NCBI GenBank assembly: GCA_010015585.1
Contig: ML975149.1
Strand: one strand, 5' to 3'
DNA: 64,000 nt
Source of the DNA: Eremomyces bilateralis CBS 781.70
Lineage: Eukaryota
Both the position numbers and the translations under genes were made by a program. The notes under the pieces are model-generated. The model did no database searches, had not been told where the DNA came from, and saw nothing but the letters and a program-made list of their open reading frames with translations. This document shows, one piece after another, positions 25,781-37,624 of this stretch. How positions within the stretch are numbered: position 1 is the stretch's first letter; each line of letters begins with the position of its first letter.

Positions 25781-27404
25781 ATGAAGGACGACTATGTTGG
25801 AGGCCAGTCTGCTAGGACTGTAGGCGACGACTATGTTGGAGGCCAGTCTACTAAGACGGCGGGCGACGCCAGTCATGAGCCGTATCTGGGCAGCAATTAT
25901 GAGAAAGGCAAGGGTGCCTTGGGTTCCGACCAGCACATCGAAGACACAGAAGAGTATGATGAACCTCCGAAGAAGAGAGGTGCTTGGGCGAAGACGAAAC
26001 GACATTGCCTAAGATGGTGGTGTTGTTATGCAATTGCGATATTCATAGCACTGGCGGCAGGTCTTCCAATCTTGTAAGTCAAGAAGATATTCGCTCTTTT
26101 GCTCCTCGTCGCGTCGCACATAATTAACAGTCGAACCAGTTTCTTGGTGATTTTGCCGGCAGTCGCACAGCGCGTTGTCGATGATGCAGACTTGCCAATA
26201 TATTCCGCGAACATCTTAACGCCTACACTATGGTCGTTCGTAGTCTCGATCAGTGCAGGCCTTAATGTACCGCTGGGTCTCAAGGGAACGGTTCATCCGT
26301 TCGATCTAGCGCTATACGTCAAAGACCCGACGGATAAAGATAAATTCAATCCATATGTCACATTGCCAGTACCGGAGACAAAAATCGCCGGGAGTGGCAC
26401 GTTGAGCGTCAAAGATCAGACCGTCACAATCCAGAACAAGACAGAACTTGTCAGTTTCCTCTCAGTGGCTGTGGAATCGGAAGATTTCGAATTGTCCGCG
26501 AGAGGGGAGGCTGATATCAGTCTGGGAAAGCTGAAATATCATGTCAAGCTCGACAAGACGGTGAAATTGAAAGGTATGCAAGTCTCGAACTATCAATTGC
26601 AGCATCTCTAAATCCCGCTCGCAGGTCTCAACCGACTTCAAGGATTCTCCATCAATGAAGCAGCAGCAGTTCTTCCACCGCTGGCGGACGGGACAAATTT
26701 GTTAGGAGATGTGACTATACCCAACCCTTCACTCGTCACATTCGACATGGTACGTATCATAGGTCTGGGCACGGCTTGTTACGGAACTGACAGAAATGTA
26801 GGGAAATGTCACATTGAATATGCTGTCTGGAGACCTCTGGATTGGAACCGCTGACATCCAGAATGTCAGTCTTAACCCAGGCAACAACAGTTTTAAGCTT
26901 CGGGGAAAGCTAGATCTGCCGACACTGCTTAAAAACCTGCCTGCCATCCTAACCACACAAATGGGTAACATCGGCCGAGGAGTCATCTCGCTCAATGCGA
27001 GCGGCAACAAGACCGTCTTCAACGGCGAGGGAATCGACTGGTACGATGCGGTGCTCAACAAGTTGGTGATTTCAGCAGAAGTTCCGATTCTCAAAGTCTT
27101 GACAGACACCGTGTCGCAATTGATTGGCGGCACTGACAGCCCATTGTCCGGGCTGCTTCCGGGCTTAGGAAACTTGGGAAACTTGAATTTCACAGAGGTC
27201 ATGGCGCCGTTGACGAATATAACGCTCCCGTCAACCGCTGGCAGCACTCCGAGCAGGACAAGTGCGGCAGGTGGAGCCACATCTAGGCCAGCTTCATCAC
27301 CGAGTGCCACGTCGGAAGGGGTAACCTCGTCGCGGACGACGGCGGCGGGCTCAGGTGCGACCGATCTTGCTGCTATTCTGGCTGGTTTGGGTTCTTCAGG
27401 ATGA
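25781..27404 (+). CDS. Type II membrane protein with DUF3712 domain, 4 exons
   Basis: KRHCLRWWCC + TM + FLVILPAVAQ; introns about 26074-26139, 26575-26624, 26749-26801; KGLNRL.GF..DGTNL.G...IPNPS.VTFDMGNVT. Confidence 0.85.
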
Positions 27405-27953
27405 TCGCTGGATACGCGGTGTCCTCTCCAGAGATGAGAGCCACTTACACGACTGATGAAGTCCTCTGAAGATACCTAATAGTAATGAGATTATTGCGAA
27501 TCAAATCTGATTTGACCCGCCTTTCGCAAGTAGCATTATGACGCGTTCTATATGAGGTTCAAGCAGTCTAGACGTACCAACTTCGTCTGACTGAACTGTC
27601 CTATCAAGTGAAAATGAATCCAGCTATCATAATCCGCGTTAGCTTAACGTTTCAAGACTAATACCTGACACTCTAACTAGCCTCGCATTACTAGCATCAC
27701 GAGCACCATCGGAAGGGCAGCGAGTGGATCGACACGTGATCGGAATTTTGATCCGTTTATCTTGTCCAGAATCGCCCCTCGGATCGGGATTCCCAGATCC
27801 TTCCGGAGTCTCCACGTCTGGGGGAAATCTCCACGCTTCGCAATAGCATCATATGCCAAGTTTTCGCATCCTGCCTTAAGGGAATCTTTGTCCATAGTGT
27901 AAATAAAATAATTCGACTTCTGCGTAGGATTTTTTTTTCCTTCTAAACTCGTT

Positions 27954-28481
27954 ATGGCCACCGCAACTCAAACGATCGATAGCCGTGCAGATTTGGTAGC
28001 GGAAGTCCCGAAGACCATGGAAGCGGTCCATGTCGAAGATGTCTCTGTGGCCGAGATAGCGGATAAACTTGAAAAGACCGATATCGAGGAAGACAAGCCT
28101 CTAAAGACTTATACCGAAGCCGACGTTGCGGTGCACAACAAGCCGGACGACTTTTGGTTGATCGTCCGAGGAGAGGTCTTTGACATGACGAAATTCCAAA
28201 ATGATCATCCAGGGGGCTTCAAGAGTATGTGAACGGCGCCATCGAGGAGATCCTTCCGATTCCTTGAGCATCCTTCTCACTCTTACTGTAAAAGACGCAT
28301 CGCTAACTTCTGCGCAGTCCTTAACGGTGTTCGCGGAAAGGACGCGACAAAGAAGTACATGAAATACCATCGCCTTGGCATATTGGCGCAATATCGCCAC
28401 TTAGTCGTTGGGAAAGTAGTCGCGGGTGGGGAGAAGCCAAAAGAACCAAAGAAGCTATTCGGATTTATCAAACGGAATTGA
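27954..28481 (+). CDS. Cytochrome b5-like heme-binding protein, 2 exons
   Basis: YT..DVAVHN...DFWLIV.GEVFD.TKF..DHPGG; intron 28225-28317; GKDATKKY.KYH. Confidence 0.92.
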
Positions 28482-29886
28482 AGGAATTAGAAAGAGTTCC
28501 GCACGATGACACAGCGAACAGGAATGACTGAATATGAATGCGCATATGGGGAAGGCGGTAAGAGGGATTTGGATGTAGTTGAATTCAGCTTGGAGCGGAT
28601 TTCGGATCGGGGAATTTGAACCGATTTCCCTTGCTATTGCGTCGGCTATCGTTCAATAGAAAGGGCTCGTAACATTCGTAATCCTTCGACAACACCTTGA
28701 TCAGCACCATCTGCTCCCCCATAAAGTCTGAAAGCTGTACGAAACTTCTCAAGCCAGGTTTTTTTGTCATAGCCAGCCTAGCGATACTGGCGTTGCTTTC
28801 CGTCTGAAACAAAGTCACTTATTGCAACATACTCTTTGGAGAGTATCTTTCCAGCATGAAATCGTCTAGTAATCCCTCTGCTAGTAAGTATACAGTCAGG
28901 AGATTGTATATCAACCTAAATGTGAGAGGGATGCTGAAACCTGCTGCTTTCTTCTTGTGTGGTTGAACGGGGAAAGGCTCGCTGGAGATGACTGAGTACT
29001 GACAGAAGGGTGAAATAATGGTTTCTGGTAACTTTGTTTGAATGCTATACAACAGCTATGATAAATGCTACAAATACCTTACCATGCTCAAGGCGCCTCA
29101 AGCATAGCGTATTACTCGATAACTAAGATGCACATTTAGACCTTTCTGTTTTGATTAGTTAGTTAATATACCAGCTATCCCCTTGATAGCTCCAGCGCTG
29201 AAAGACTGGGGTGTCTTACCAGGGGCTCTTACCACGTGACCGACTACTTCCATATTGCCCGCCGCAGAGATATTAGGAAAGTTTAAGCATAGTTAACTAC
29301 TATTTTTTACATTTTATTTTTAATGCGATATTTTTACTCTTTATTTATAAATTTCTTCAATTTCCGACCGAAAATTTCATGTCATTAAGGGATTGTGCGG
29401 GCGAATCATTCGAATTTGGTAGTAGAAACTGATTTTGATGAGGAAGTTGAACACTGCAACGACGGCCGTCAAAGGGAATGTTCATCCAGGCGATCATAGG
29501 TCAACCAAGCTCACCAGGGGCTTCTAGAGATCTGTGAGTGTAACCGAGATATTATTTTTACAATGTAATTTTATTCGTAGGAATCCAAGTGGTTAGTGGA
29601 CTAGCATAGAACAACTCATAAGACTCGCGAGCCCGTTCCAATTTCAGTTCGCGGTTTCGGTTCAGTGCAACCAGTCGTCGCATTGCCTAGCACCAGATCC
29701 ACACGCAGCACACTAGTGTGTGCCTATCCTGGCAGATGGTATTTCAACAGAGACTTGCCTTCATATCTAGTAGAAGCTCTCGAGCTACAATTAGGTGTTA
29801 CGAGACTGGCAGGCACACTGACTGGGAACCTCATATTATCTGAAGAGGAAGAATGGGGCAACCAAACCCCGACATAAAAGGAGCAT

Positions 29887-30901
29887 ATGGACAGCAGACG
29901 GCAAACCCCGAGCTACGCAGCGCCTTGCCCAAGGATCGTCCACCTGACTTTCGGTATCAACATTCGACGAGCGAGAGATGAACAAAGGAAATATCTGGGA
30001 CGGCGGATCGCCCTCCCACTCGCCACATATCGATCACCACGATCCAAAGGACTACCACGAGTTCCACGGAACACCCGATGGCGGAACTTAGGCAATAACT
30101 CTCGTTGCCCTATCCGCGGCGGTCCTCGATTCATGTTTCGATGCATATATTGCGTCTACCAAACCGCCATCGCCGACATCCCGCACCGTCTCCGCACCAT
30201 GGAGAAAATTATGCTTCCCGTGCCTGGAGTTCCAGGGATTCCCTACCAAACGCGGTCAAAACGAATATTGACCTATCGGCCCTCGACCAGCATTTTACTA
30301 CAGTTCACCACGCTAGCATCGTGGCCTGGTACCCGTGTAAGGTCTCACCTCAGAACCCTCATCACAACTCCCCAGATTATGCGAAAGAAATGGTTGGATT
30401 CTCACCTTTGGCATCCACCGGCAGCCTACAGAAACGAAGAATCTCAATTGCCGACTTGGCTGAGTAGCGGGAATGCAAGAGGGTGTATCTATGTCTCTAG
30501 AGGTAAGAGGAGCCAAAACGAAGGCGGTGTTAAAGAGCGTTTAAGGCCTTGGAGGTATGCTTCAGGGAGGAACTGTGTTTCGAGTCCCGGAGAAAGTAGA
30601 CGGGCTCATTATACTATACTACACGAATCCCAAATGCAAAATACCAGTTTCAGAATATAGACCGCGATCCCAACGAACTATACACGGAATCGGTCCAAGG
30701 CCGATGCATTGCGGTCCAACCTTTCAAGCAACCAATAATAACTTTGTCATTGCAGAGTTTGGGACCTTCGGTATGTCTGCAGATCAGCGCTATGTTCATC
30801 GTACCAGGTCCATGATTCCTTCGATGAAAGACCACTACGACGACAATGGGGCTGTCCGGGCGGAAATCGGCATAGTGTCGAGACGTTGGAGAGGATGGTG
30901 A
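29887..30901 (+). pseudogene. Possible degraded gene, family not recognised
   Basis: Overlapping 257-aa and 114-aa ORFs in different frames; no recognisable motif. Confidence 0.25.
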
Positions 30902-31668
30902 ACAGAGGGACCAACATTGCCATGTGTGCTACTTAGAGGAGAGTGGGATTATCGAATTCAAATAGGCTGCTTGGAATATAATCTCACCTGCCTGATTTTG
31001 ATCGCAAATCACGAAGACAAATATCATGATCTTCAACCAAACTTGACCGTCCTCTGCGAGGTGCCAGCAATGACTTGGTACTTACTGTACTTACCTTGAT
31101 ATTTGTCCACTCTACCAGCAGAACAAACCCATTCATAGCCTGATCCATAACTCTGCGAGCATTCATAACGAGAATACCGACTCCCTTCGCTCTCCGTCGC
31201 GACTCTCATTGCGTGGTCTGGCCCAGCGTAGTTGGGATGCCGCAATTGAGAACAGGGAGAATTCCACCATATTAGGAGTGGATGGATATAGCTGGGTACG
31301 CAGGAAGCCGTCCAATAGATAAGCGCATCAGCAGACGAGGAATGATCAAGTTAAGAAAGAAGAGCTGATATTAACTGCGTAAATATCTATCCTCCATCTA
31401 CTCTAAGCAGAGCCTTCGCGGCTCCACCATCATCTATATAAAACAGAAAACTCCCCCGCCATGGATCTAATCAATGATACTGCGATGGAAAAACGGGATG
31501 AATGGATCGATACGTAGAGGTATGTCTCCCGAATAAACAACCGAAACGGAAAGAAAAACAAAACGCCGATCCTATGCATGCAATCTAAACTCCTCGACCA
31601 TCCCGTCCCTTTCTCTTCCATTTCCATCATTAGCATTAACGTATTCCGCCTCGCTCACGGACGCCCGT

Positions 31669-33456
31669 CTATGAATGCGCGACGCACACTAGCATCACCG
31701 CGGCAGCGGCCGCCATCCACACCGTGATACTGGACGGTGCGCTTCTCGTGGCCGGCGAATTCGCCCGCTGCGTCCCGCCGCCCGTCACGAACCCATCAGG
31801 CAGCTTAACAGGGCGGGTGCCGAAGCGGGCGTTCAGCGAGACGATGACAGCCTCGCTATCGCGCAGAGAGACGGACAGCGTGCTGTCGGTTCCGACGACG
31901 GCGTCCCGGTTGGGGGTGGAGCCGACGGGAGGGTCGGCGGGGATGAGGGTGCCGTCGACGTCGGAGAAGATGAAGCCGTTCCAGTTGGTGTCGGCGGAGG
32001 ACTGGGTGTCGGCGCCGGCGGCGGTGAGGTAGGAGAGGTAGGCGGGGCGGCCGGGATTGTCGGGGAAGGAGAGCTGAATGTCGATGGAGGGGGGGGACGG
32101 GTCAGAGGCGAGGGCGAGCTTGGAGTTGAGGACGACGATGGCGGTGAGTTGGTTGGCGGAGTAGACGCCGTAGGCGCGGAGGTACTCGCCGTAGCCGGAG
32201 GGGGCGTCGTTGACGGAGACCGGGGCGATTTGCGTGGTGCCGTTGCAGTGCCCGAGGAGCTGGGTGAACGCGGCGAAGGCGTAGTAGGAGGGCCGGACGT
32301 GCGGTTCGGTGGCTTTCTCGGGGTGGGACATGGGCTGCCAGGGGGATGCGAAGGAGTTGTCTGTCATGTGCATCTGGACGGACGCGATGTTGAGGGTGGC
32401 AGAATAGAGGAAGAAGTTTAACGTCCAGATGGTGGCGGCGAACGTGTCCGAGATACCTACCTGGCCGACGGGTCCGACGGAGGCCATCTCACGGAGGTGA
32501 TAGGGGATATCGGGGTGGTCTTTCAAGGTGTCGCCGATCTCTTGGCTCCAATGCTTGAATTGAGTCTCGGTGCTGGTAAATTTGGCCAGATAGTCCATGG
32601 TCAGCTCCATCGGCGACACGCTGATAAAGTAGAAGTAGTCGTGCTGGTTCCACGCGGACACGAAGCCGTCCGTTGAGCCGACCGCGGAGGAGGACTGATT
32701 GGGCTGGAGGATGCCATTTTCGACCAGAACATCGATCAGGAAACTGGTGCCGATGGTGCTCGCAGTTGCGGCCGGTTCGAAGAAGGCCTTGGGGAATCCG
32801 CCTGGTGCGAGAACTTTGTTGTAGACCACATTGGCTCGGTCCAACCACTCCTGGACGTAGTCTGGACCTCCGTAGCTGGGTTTCCGGAAACCGTTCTGAC
32901 CGTACAAATCCGGCTCATTTCCAATCTCAAAACTGACCAGCTTGGTATTCGACAACCCATCCACCGCCGCTTGTGCCATGTCCGTGATCCTTTGCTGCCA
33001 ATCCACGAAATTATACGCCAGATTAAGACCGACAGTGATGGGTGTATCCTCTAGGAACCGCTCAATCGCCTTGAAGTATGCTGGTCCGATGTAATAAAGA
33101 TCCGTGGGAATGTTCCCTTGGCCGGTGGGATTCTTGTTGGTGTCCATCCGGAATTCTTGAAAGTTGGGGTCGTAGAGGAAATAGTCGCCGGTGTTTCCTC
33201 CAAGGCGAAGCCATCCTGGTGCACCGGAATAGTTGGCCAGATTACGCATAAGAGTGAGAGAGAATTCGTTGGGTTGCTCGAATCCAGTAAAGGAGAACAC
33301 ATTCGATGGCTCGATGCCGAAGCCTGTATATGAAGGGGAGACGACATTGGAAATGCCTTTAGCCCCGGATGATCTGGCTGAAGGCGATATCGAAACTGCT
33401 GATGCTACTGTGGAAACACACGATAACAAAGCGACTGAAAGGCCAACGGTCGTCAT
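31669..33456 (-). CDS. Glycoside hydrolase family 79 (beta-glucuronidase-like), secreted and probably GPI-anchored
   Basis: GFGIEPSN, LRLGGNTGD, acid/base EIGNEPDLY, nucleophile YHLREM, SDTFAATIWTL, RPSYY, hydrophobic C-terminus; alternative ATG at 33519. Confidence 0.9.
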   Translation of the reverse strand: MTTVGLSVALLSCVSTVASAVSISPSARSSGAKGISNVVSPSYTGFGIEPSNVFSFTGFEQPNEFSLTLMRNLANYSGAPGWLRLGGNTGDYFLYDPNFQEFRMDTNKNPTGQGNIPTDLYYIGPAYFKAIERFLEDTPITVGLNLAYNFVDWQQRITDMAQAAVDGLSNTKLVSFEIGNEPDLYGQNGFRKPSYGGPDYVQEWLDRANVVYNKVLAPGGFPKAFFEPAATASTIGTSFLIDVLVENGILQPNQSSSAVGSTDGFVSAWNQHDYFYFISVSPMELTMDYLAKFTSTETQFKHWSQEIGDTLKDHPDIPYHLREMASVGPVGQVGISDTFAATIWTLNFFLYSATLNIASVQMHMTDNSFASPWQPMSHPEKATEPHVRPSYYAFAAFTQLLGHCNGTTQIAPVSVNDAPSGYGEYLRAYGVYSANQLTAIVVLNSKLALASDPSPPSIDIQLSFPDNPGRPAYLSYLTAAGADTQSSADTNWNGFIFSDVDGTLIPADPPVGSTPNRDAVVGTDSTLSVSLRDSEAVIVSLNARFGTRPVKLPDGFVTGGGTQRANSPATRSAPSSITVWMAAAAAVMLVCVAHS

Positions 33457-36187
33457 CCTTGGTCGATGGGAAGCCGTACGAACGGCTCGCCCAGGGCGAG
33501 AGTGAGATAGTAGCTTCATCCTGGAAACCTTGAATCCTTCGAAGTGGAGGAACGCTCGAGCACTCACGGGTTACACAACAAAACGACGGGCAAAGCTCAT
33601 TGCATGCTGGTCAAGCGAGGGGACCAAAGTGAAAGAATAACGATCAAAGGAAAATTAACAAGAAACTGGAAATCACGAGAAGCGACTGAAGCGGTTTTCA
33701 AACCGATTGTGAAAACTGCAGAGTGATGTAGGTAACTTAGCGGATGGCGATGGATGATAGTGGAGCGTGAATGGGTTTGGGGGTGAAAGTTGGCATTCTG
33801 GGCGGCTGGACCACTGCCATCTGGTGAACCAGCCGCATACGGGAATATCGGACCCTCCACGTCCTCCAGGCTCCAGGGAGCAATGGGAACTGTGGAACGG
33901 TGGAAGCCGAGAAGACACCGTGCTGGGTACGTCGCACTTCCAATTCATCGTGGTGAGTGAGTGGACGGCCGAGGAGGTTGGCGGAAACAAGCGGGCCCGA
34001 TATGGGGCGCACTAAGCCAAACTTGAGGCGTTGAGCGCTTGGTGGCGGCCAATGGTGATGCATGCACTTCATTCTGCATTTCTGCAGCCCCGATGCCGAC
34101 GGAATGCCCACGGAACGAGCGACAAATCCAAATCCAGATCTCATTGCGCACAAAATAGAGATGGCAGGTGACGGTGCGCCCGTGATGACGAATTGACGAC
34201 TGTTGCCGCTGCAGCAAGCAATTGGGTTCTGCGATAATTCTCGTCAAGCCGGATTGTTGTTAGTTCCCAAATTCCCAAGCAGCGCTTGTAGAAACGGTTA
34301 ATATGGGACTTTGCTGGAGACAGTGAGTACTTTTTCGTCTGTTCCAGCCGCCGCCCAGCTCAGTCCTATCATAATATGGAACCTCTGCTGTGTATCATTG
34401 CAATTTGGGACTTTGGGAATATATTGGATGTCGTCATATTTCAATCCAAGCCCAATCAATCAAGATTCAAGGAAGCTGGAACATGGATGAGGCTCAAACA
34501 GCGACAAAGTCTCGATGTCTTGCCCACAGCGCTCGGTCAATCCAACAGTCCTTTAGTCAAATCTGTTTTGTTCGATCCAAGAGTTATACGAACGATTGGT
34601 AGGGAACTCTTCATATTATCAGATGGTGAGGTGGTATTTTTGGTGATGATTGCGCCCGTTGCGGAAGTCCGGAGTTTTCGGGGATGGAAATTGGAATGCA
34701 CCTGCCGATTATATTGTGGATGACTCAGCTGAAGAATGTGGCGCAATCTGCCATGAATTCGTCACCTCCCCCCACTTAATTGCACTGCAACTCTAACATT
34801 CTTCATCTCCAGACAACAATAACACCTCCTGACTCTAGTATCCCGAGTAACCCGTGCATTCTTGGCCGGTCCATTATCAACTTAGTAAATGGAATAATTA
34901 CGGAGTACGACTGAACGAGGCGCAGGAGCTCTCCTCATCTCCTGCCCCTGAAACTCCCTCCCATCATTTCCAACTGGAATTCAGGTGAACTGGTGCGGCA
35001 CGTGTTGCTCGGCATGGCAATTCTGATCCCCGCATGCCAGCTCTACCGTCCCAAATCATTTCGCTTCGATTCTCGATGAGGACATCGCTGCTCGGATTCC
35101 CGGCGTGCCGGCCGTCCAAATATCCTCGTGATCATAGGACGACAGGAAACATAAACAAGCGCAGAATCGTGTCCTCGATCGTCTATCCCGCGTCCCTCGT
35201 GTCCTCAGCAGTTCAGGACCGTCCCATTCTCGCAGCTCACATGCTACGTGCATAAGTATGGAAGATTCGAGGAAACACTCCGAACACTTGTGATGGCCGG
35301 AAATCGGATCATGTCGTTCCAGGCGCGAATCCAAGAGACCCTAAGCAGGGAAAATTGTGACTCGTTTTATATTAGCACCGTGGGCAATCTTGACAAGTAA
35401 TGCGCCCCAGGGCAAATAAGTCCTGGCGATATCATGCAGCGAGTCAAGTTGTGGCTAGATCCATCAAAAGGTAGCGGTGCCACACCTGCTGTGGCACACG
35501 AACCTGACAGAATTAACGTCCAGCAGCTTCAAATCGTGATTTCTACTTGGTTCTGTTGATGACATGCTGGCTTTCAGTCGAATTAGGCACTTAGGGTGCC
35601 TTAAGGAACAGACTAACTGTATGATGTGTTATGTATTGAAGGAGACTCTTTCGGGTTCCAATCTCCAAGTCAATAATGCTATGCCCTGGGACAATACCTC
35701 GTCAAGATCATACATACCACAGCTCATAGTCATCTTACTCAAGTGGTTCATTCTCGTTGTATTTCATGTTCTAGTTTGCTCTCAGCAATTCAGTGTTATC
35801 TCCGACCATGACGATTGAAGCCTGTTCAGCGTGCGTTTCGTGAGCCCGTTCAAAATGGTACCGCAGTTAGTAGTGGTACCCGTGACAGGTACTACTTAGG
35901 TTCCTGTTCCGAGATGACTGCAGACTATATTGCCATTCAAGCAGAAGAGGAAGAAGGGAATATCATGGGATCCATTTGATTGATGATGTGAAGTGTTCAC
36001 CACAACATTTTCCCGGAATCGCGAAATGCAGTCATGTGCACTCTACCGTTTGTTTGCTTAAATAGCATCGCACACAGACTTTCTGGCAGCTGAAGTCGTA
36101 CAATAGCGATTACACTTCCTCGTGACTGAGTGGGATCTACTGGTAATTCAGAATCATCCACATCAAGCTCTCTAATCTTCCTCTATC

Positions 36188-37379
36188 ATGGCCCCACCCC
36201 GGCTCCTCGACCTCCTTGTGGTCTTCCTCGCCACGGGGATCCACGCTTACAACGCGGACAGAAACACCGTATACCCTCCCCAATGCCAGGCCTCATCCGC
36301 TAATGGGAATGGAAGCGTTCGCTATCCTAACACCCTCACCGCCACCGCCAACGGTACCGTCGCCATCCTCCCCATGGCCCTTCGCGACATCGAAGCGCGC
36401 TTCAACCTCCCCGTACTGACCCGCGCCATCCACGACCTCCTCCCCGACTTCCCCGCCGACCAATACCCCGCCATCGTGAACATCCAGGAATTATCCTGGT
36501 TCCAGGGCAAGTTCTGGGGCCTCGTCGACGTGAACATCGATGGCTCTGCACTGCGGTTCGAGGACGGAAAGGTGCGTGAAGCGACTACTATTATATCCAC
36601 CTCAAGCCTTGACTAACCACACGCAGCTCATCTCCATTGAGTTCCCCTTCCTGGATCACCTCCACGATGGGCACACCTCCTTCCGCAAGAAATCCGCCCT
36701 CCTCGTCTCCCCCAGCCAGCGCTGGACCCTCCTCGGCCCATGGAACGACGACCTCCGCATCCTCGAGACGGACTTCGACCCCTCGTGTGGCGCCTACGCC
36801 GACATAGACGGGGCCTTCCACGTCGACGCCCCAGCGCAACCCCTCTTCCGCTTCCCGCCACCTGGTTCCCCGATGGTCCGATCCATGTTCGAATCCGTGT
36901 TCCGAGAATCCCTCCCGAGCGAGGCCGTCCCGATCGGATTCCGCCCGTTCGCCGACGACCTGCTGCGGTTCGTCACGAACGTCACGAACCAGCCGGAGTT
37001 CGGGCCCACGGGGGAATGCGACATCTCGAAGCATCTTTACACGACGCCGCTGTCGGCGATGGGGCCCGGGGGGCTGCGGATCATGCGGGGGAATGTGTCA
37101 GCGGGGGCGCAGATGGTGTGCGAGGACAAGGAGCCAGAGTGCGCGCTGGGGGGAGGGGGATTGTTTGACGGGATTGCCTGTGTTGCGGGTAATAAATATG
37201 ATGACAAGACGCCTGATTGCAAGGGCTTGAGGGGGTGGGAGGATGTATATGGGTTGCAGGGAGCGCACCTCTTCGTTGAGTATGCGCCTGTTCCGTGCAA
37301 GGAGTTGCAGGGCTATCCAGAGACTGGGATCTGGGGAGACTCCGACGCTGAAGGGACTGATAATTCAGATGCAGATTAA
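36188..37379 (+). CDS. Secreted hypothetical protein, 2 exons
   Basis: Signal peptide MAPPRLLDLLVVFLATGIHA; intron 36572-36626 joins the ORFs in frame; several Cys; strong codon bias. Confidence 0.8.
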
Positions 37380-37624
37380 GCATATTGAGCCCCACGCTCG
37401 ATGAGTCGAGGCATATGTCTACGCCTCAGGGTGGATGGGCACGAATTCAAGTGCCTACGATTGGTTGATGTCGGCACTACTCGTCATGCGAGGGCGTGGA
37501 TAAGAATAACGAATAAGAATAAATCCACCGGACATGCATTGAACGCTATGCTGCTGACTACGTGAAACGCATTATATGAACCCTCACACCCACCAAACGC
37601 CAACCCTCTCCATCGACCCCTCTA

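Noticed and set aside
28585..29052. Two abutting in-frame minus-strand ORFs separated by one stop
   Set aside because: No recognisable family and non-ATG starts; cannot tell pseudogene from noise
35850..35905. gttagtagtggtacccgtgac resembles 5S rRNA internal control boxes
   Set aside because: No flanking 5S similarity or termini
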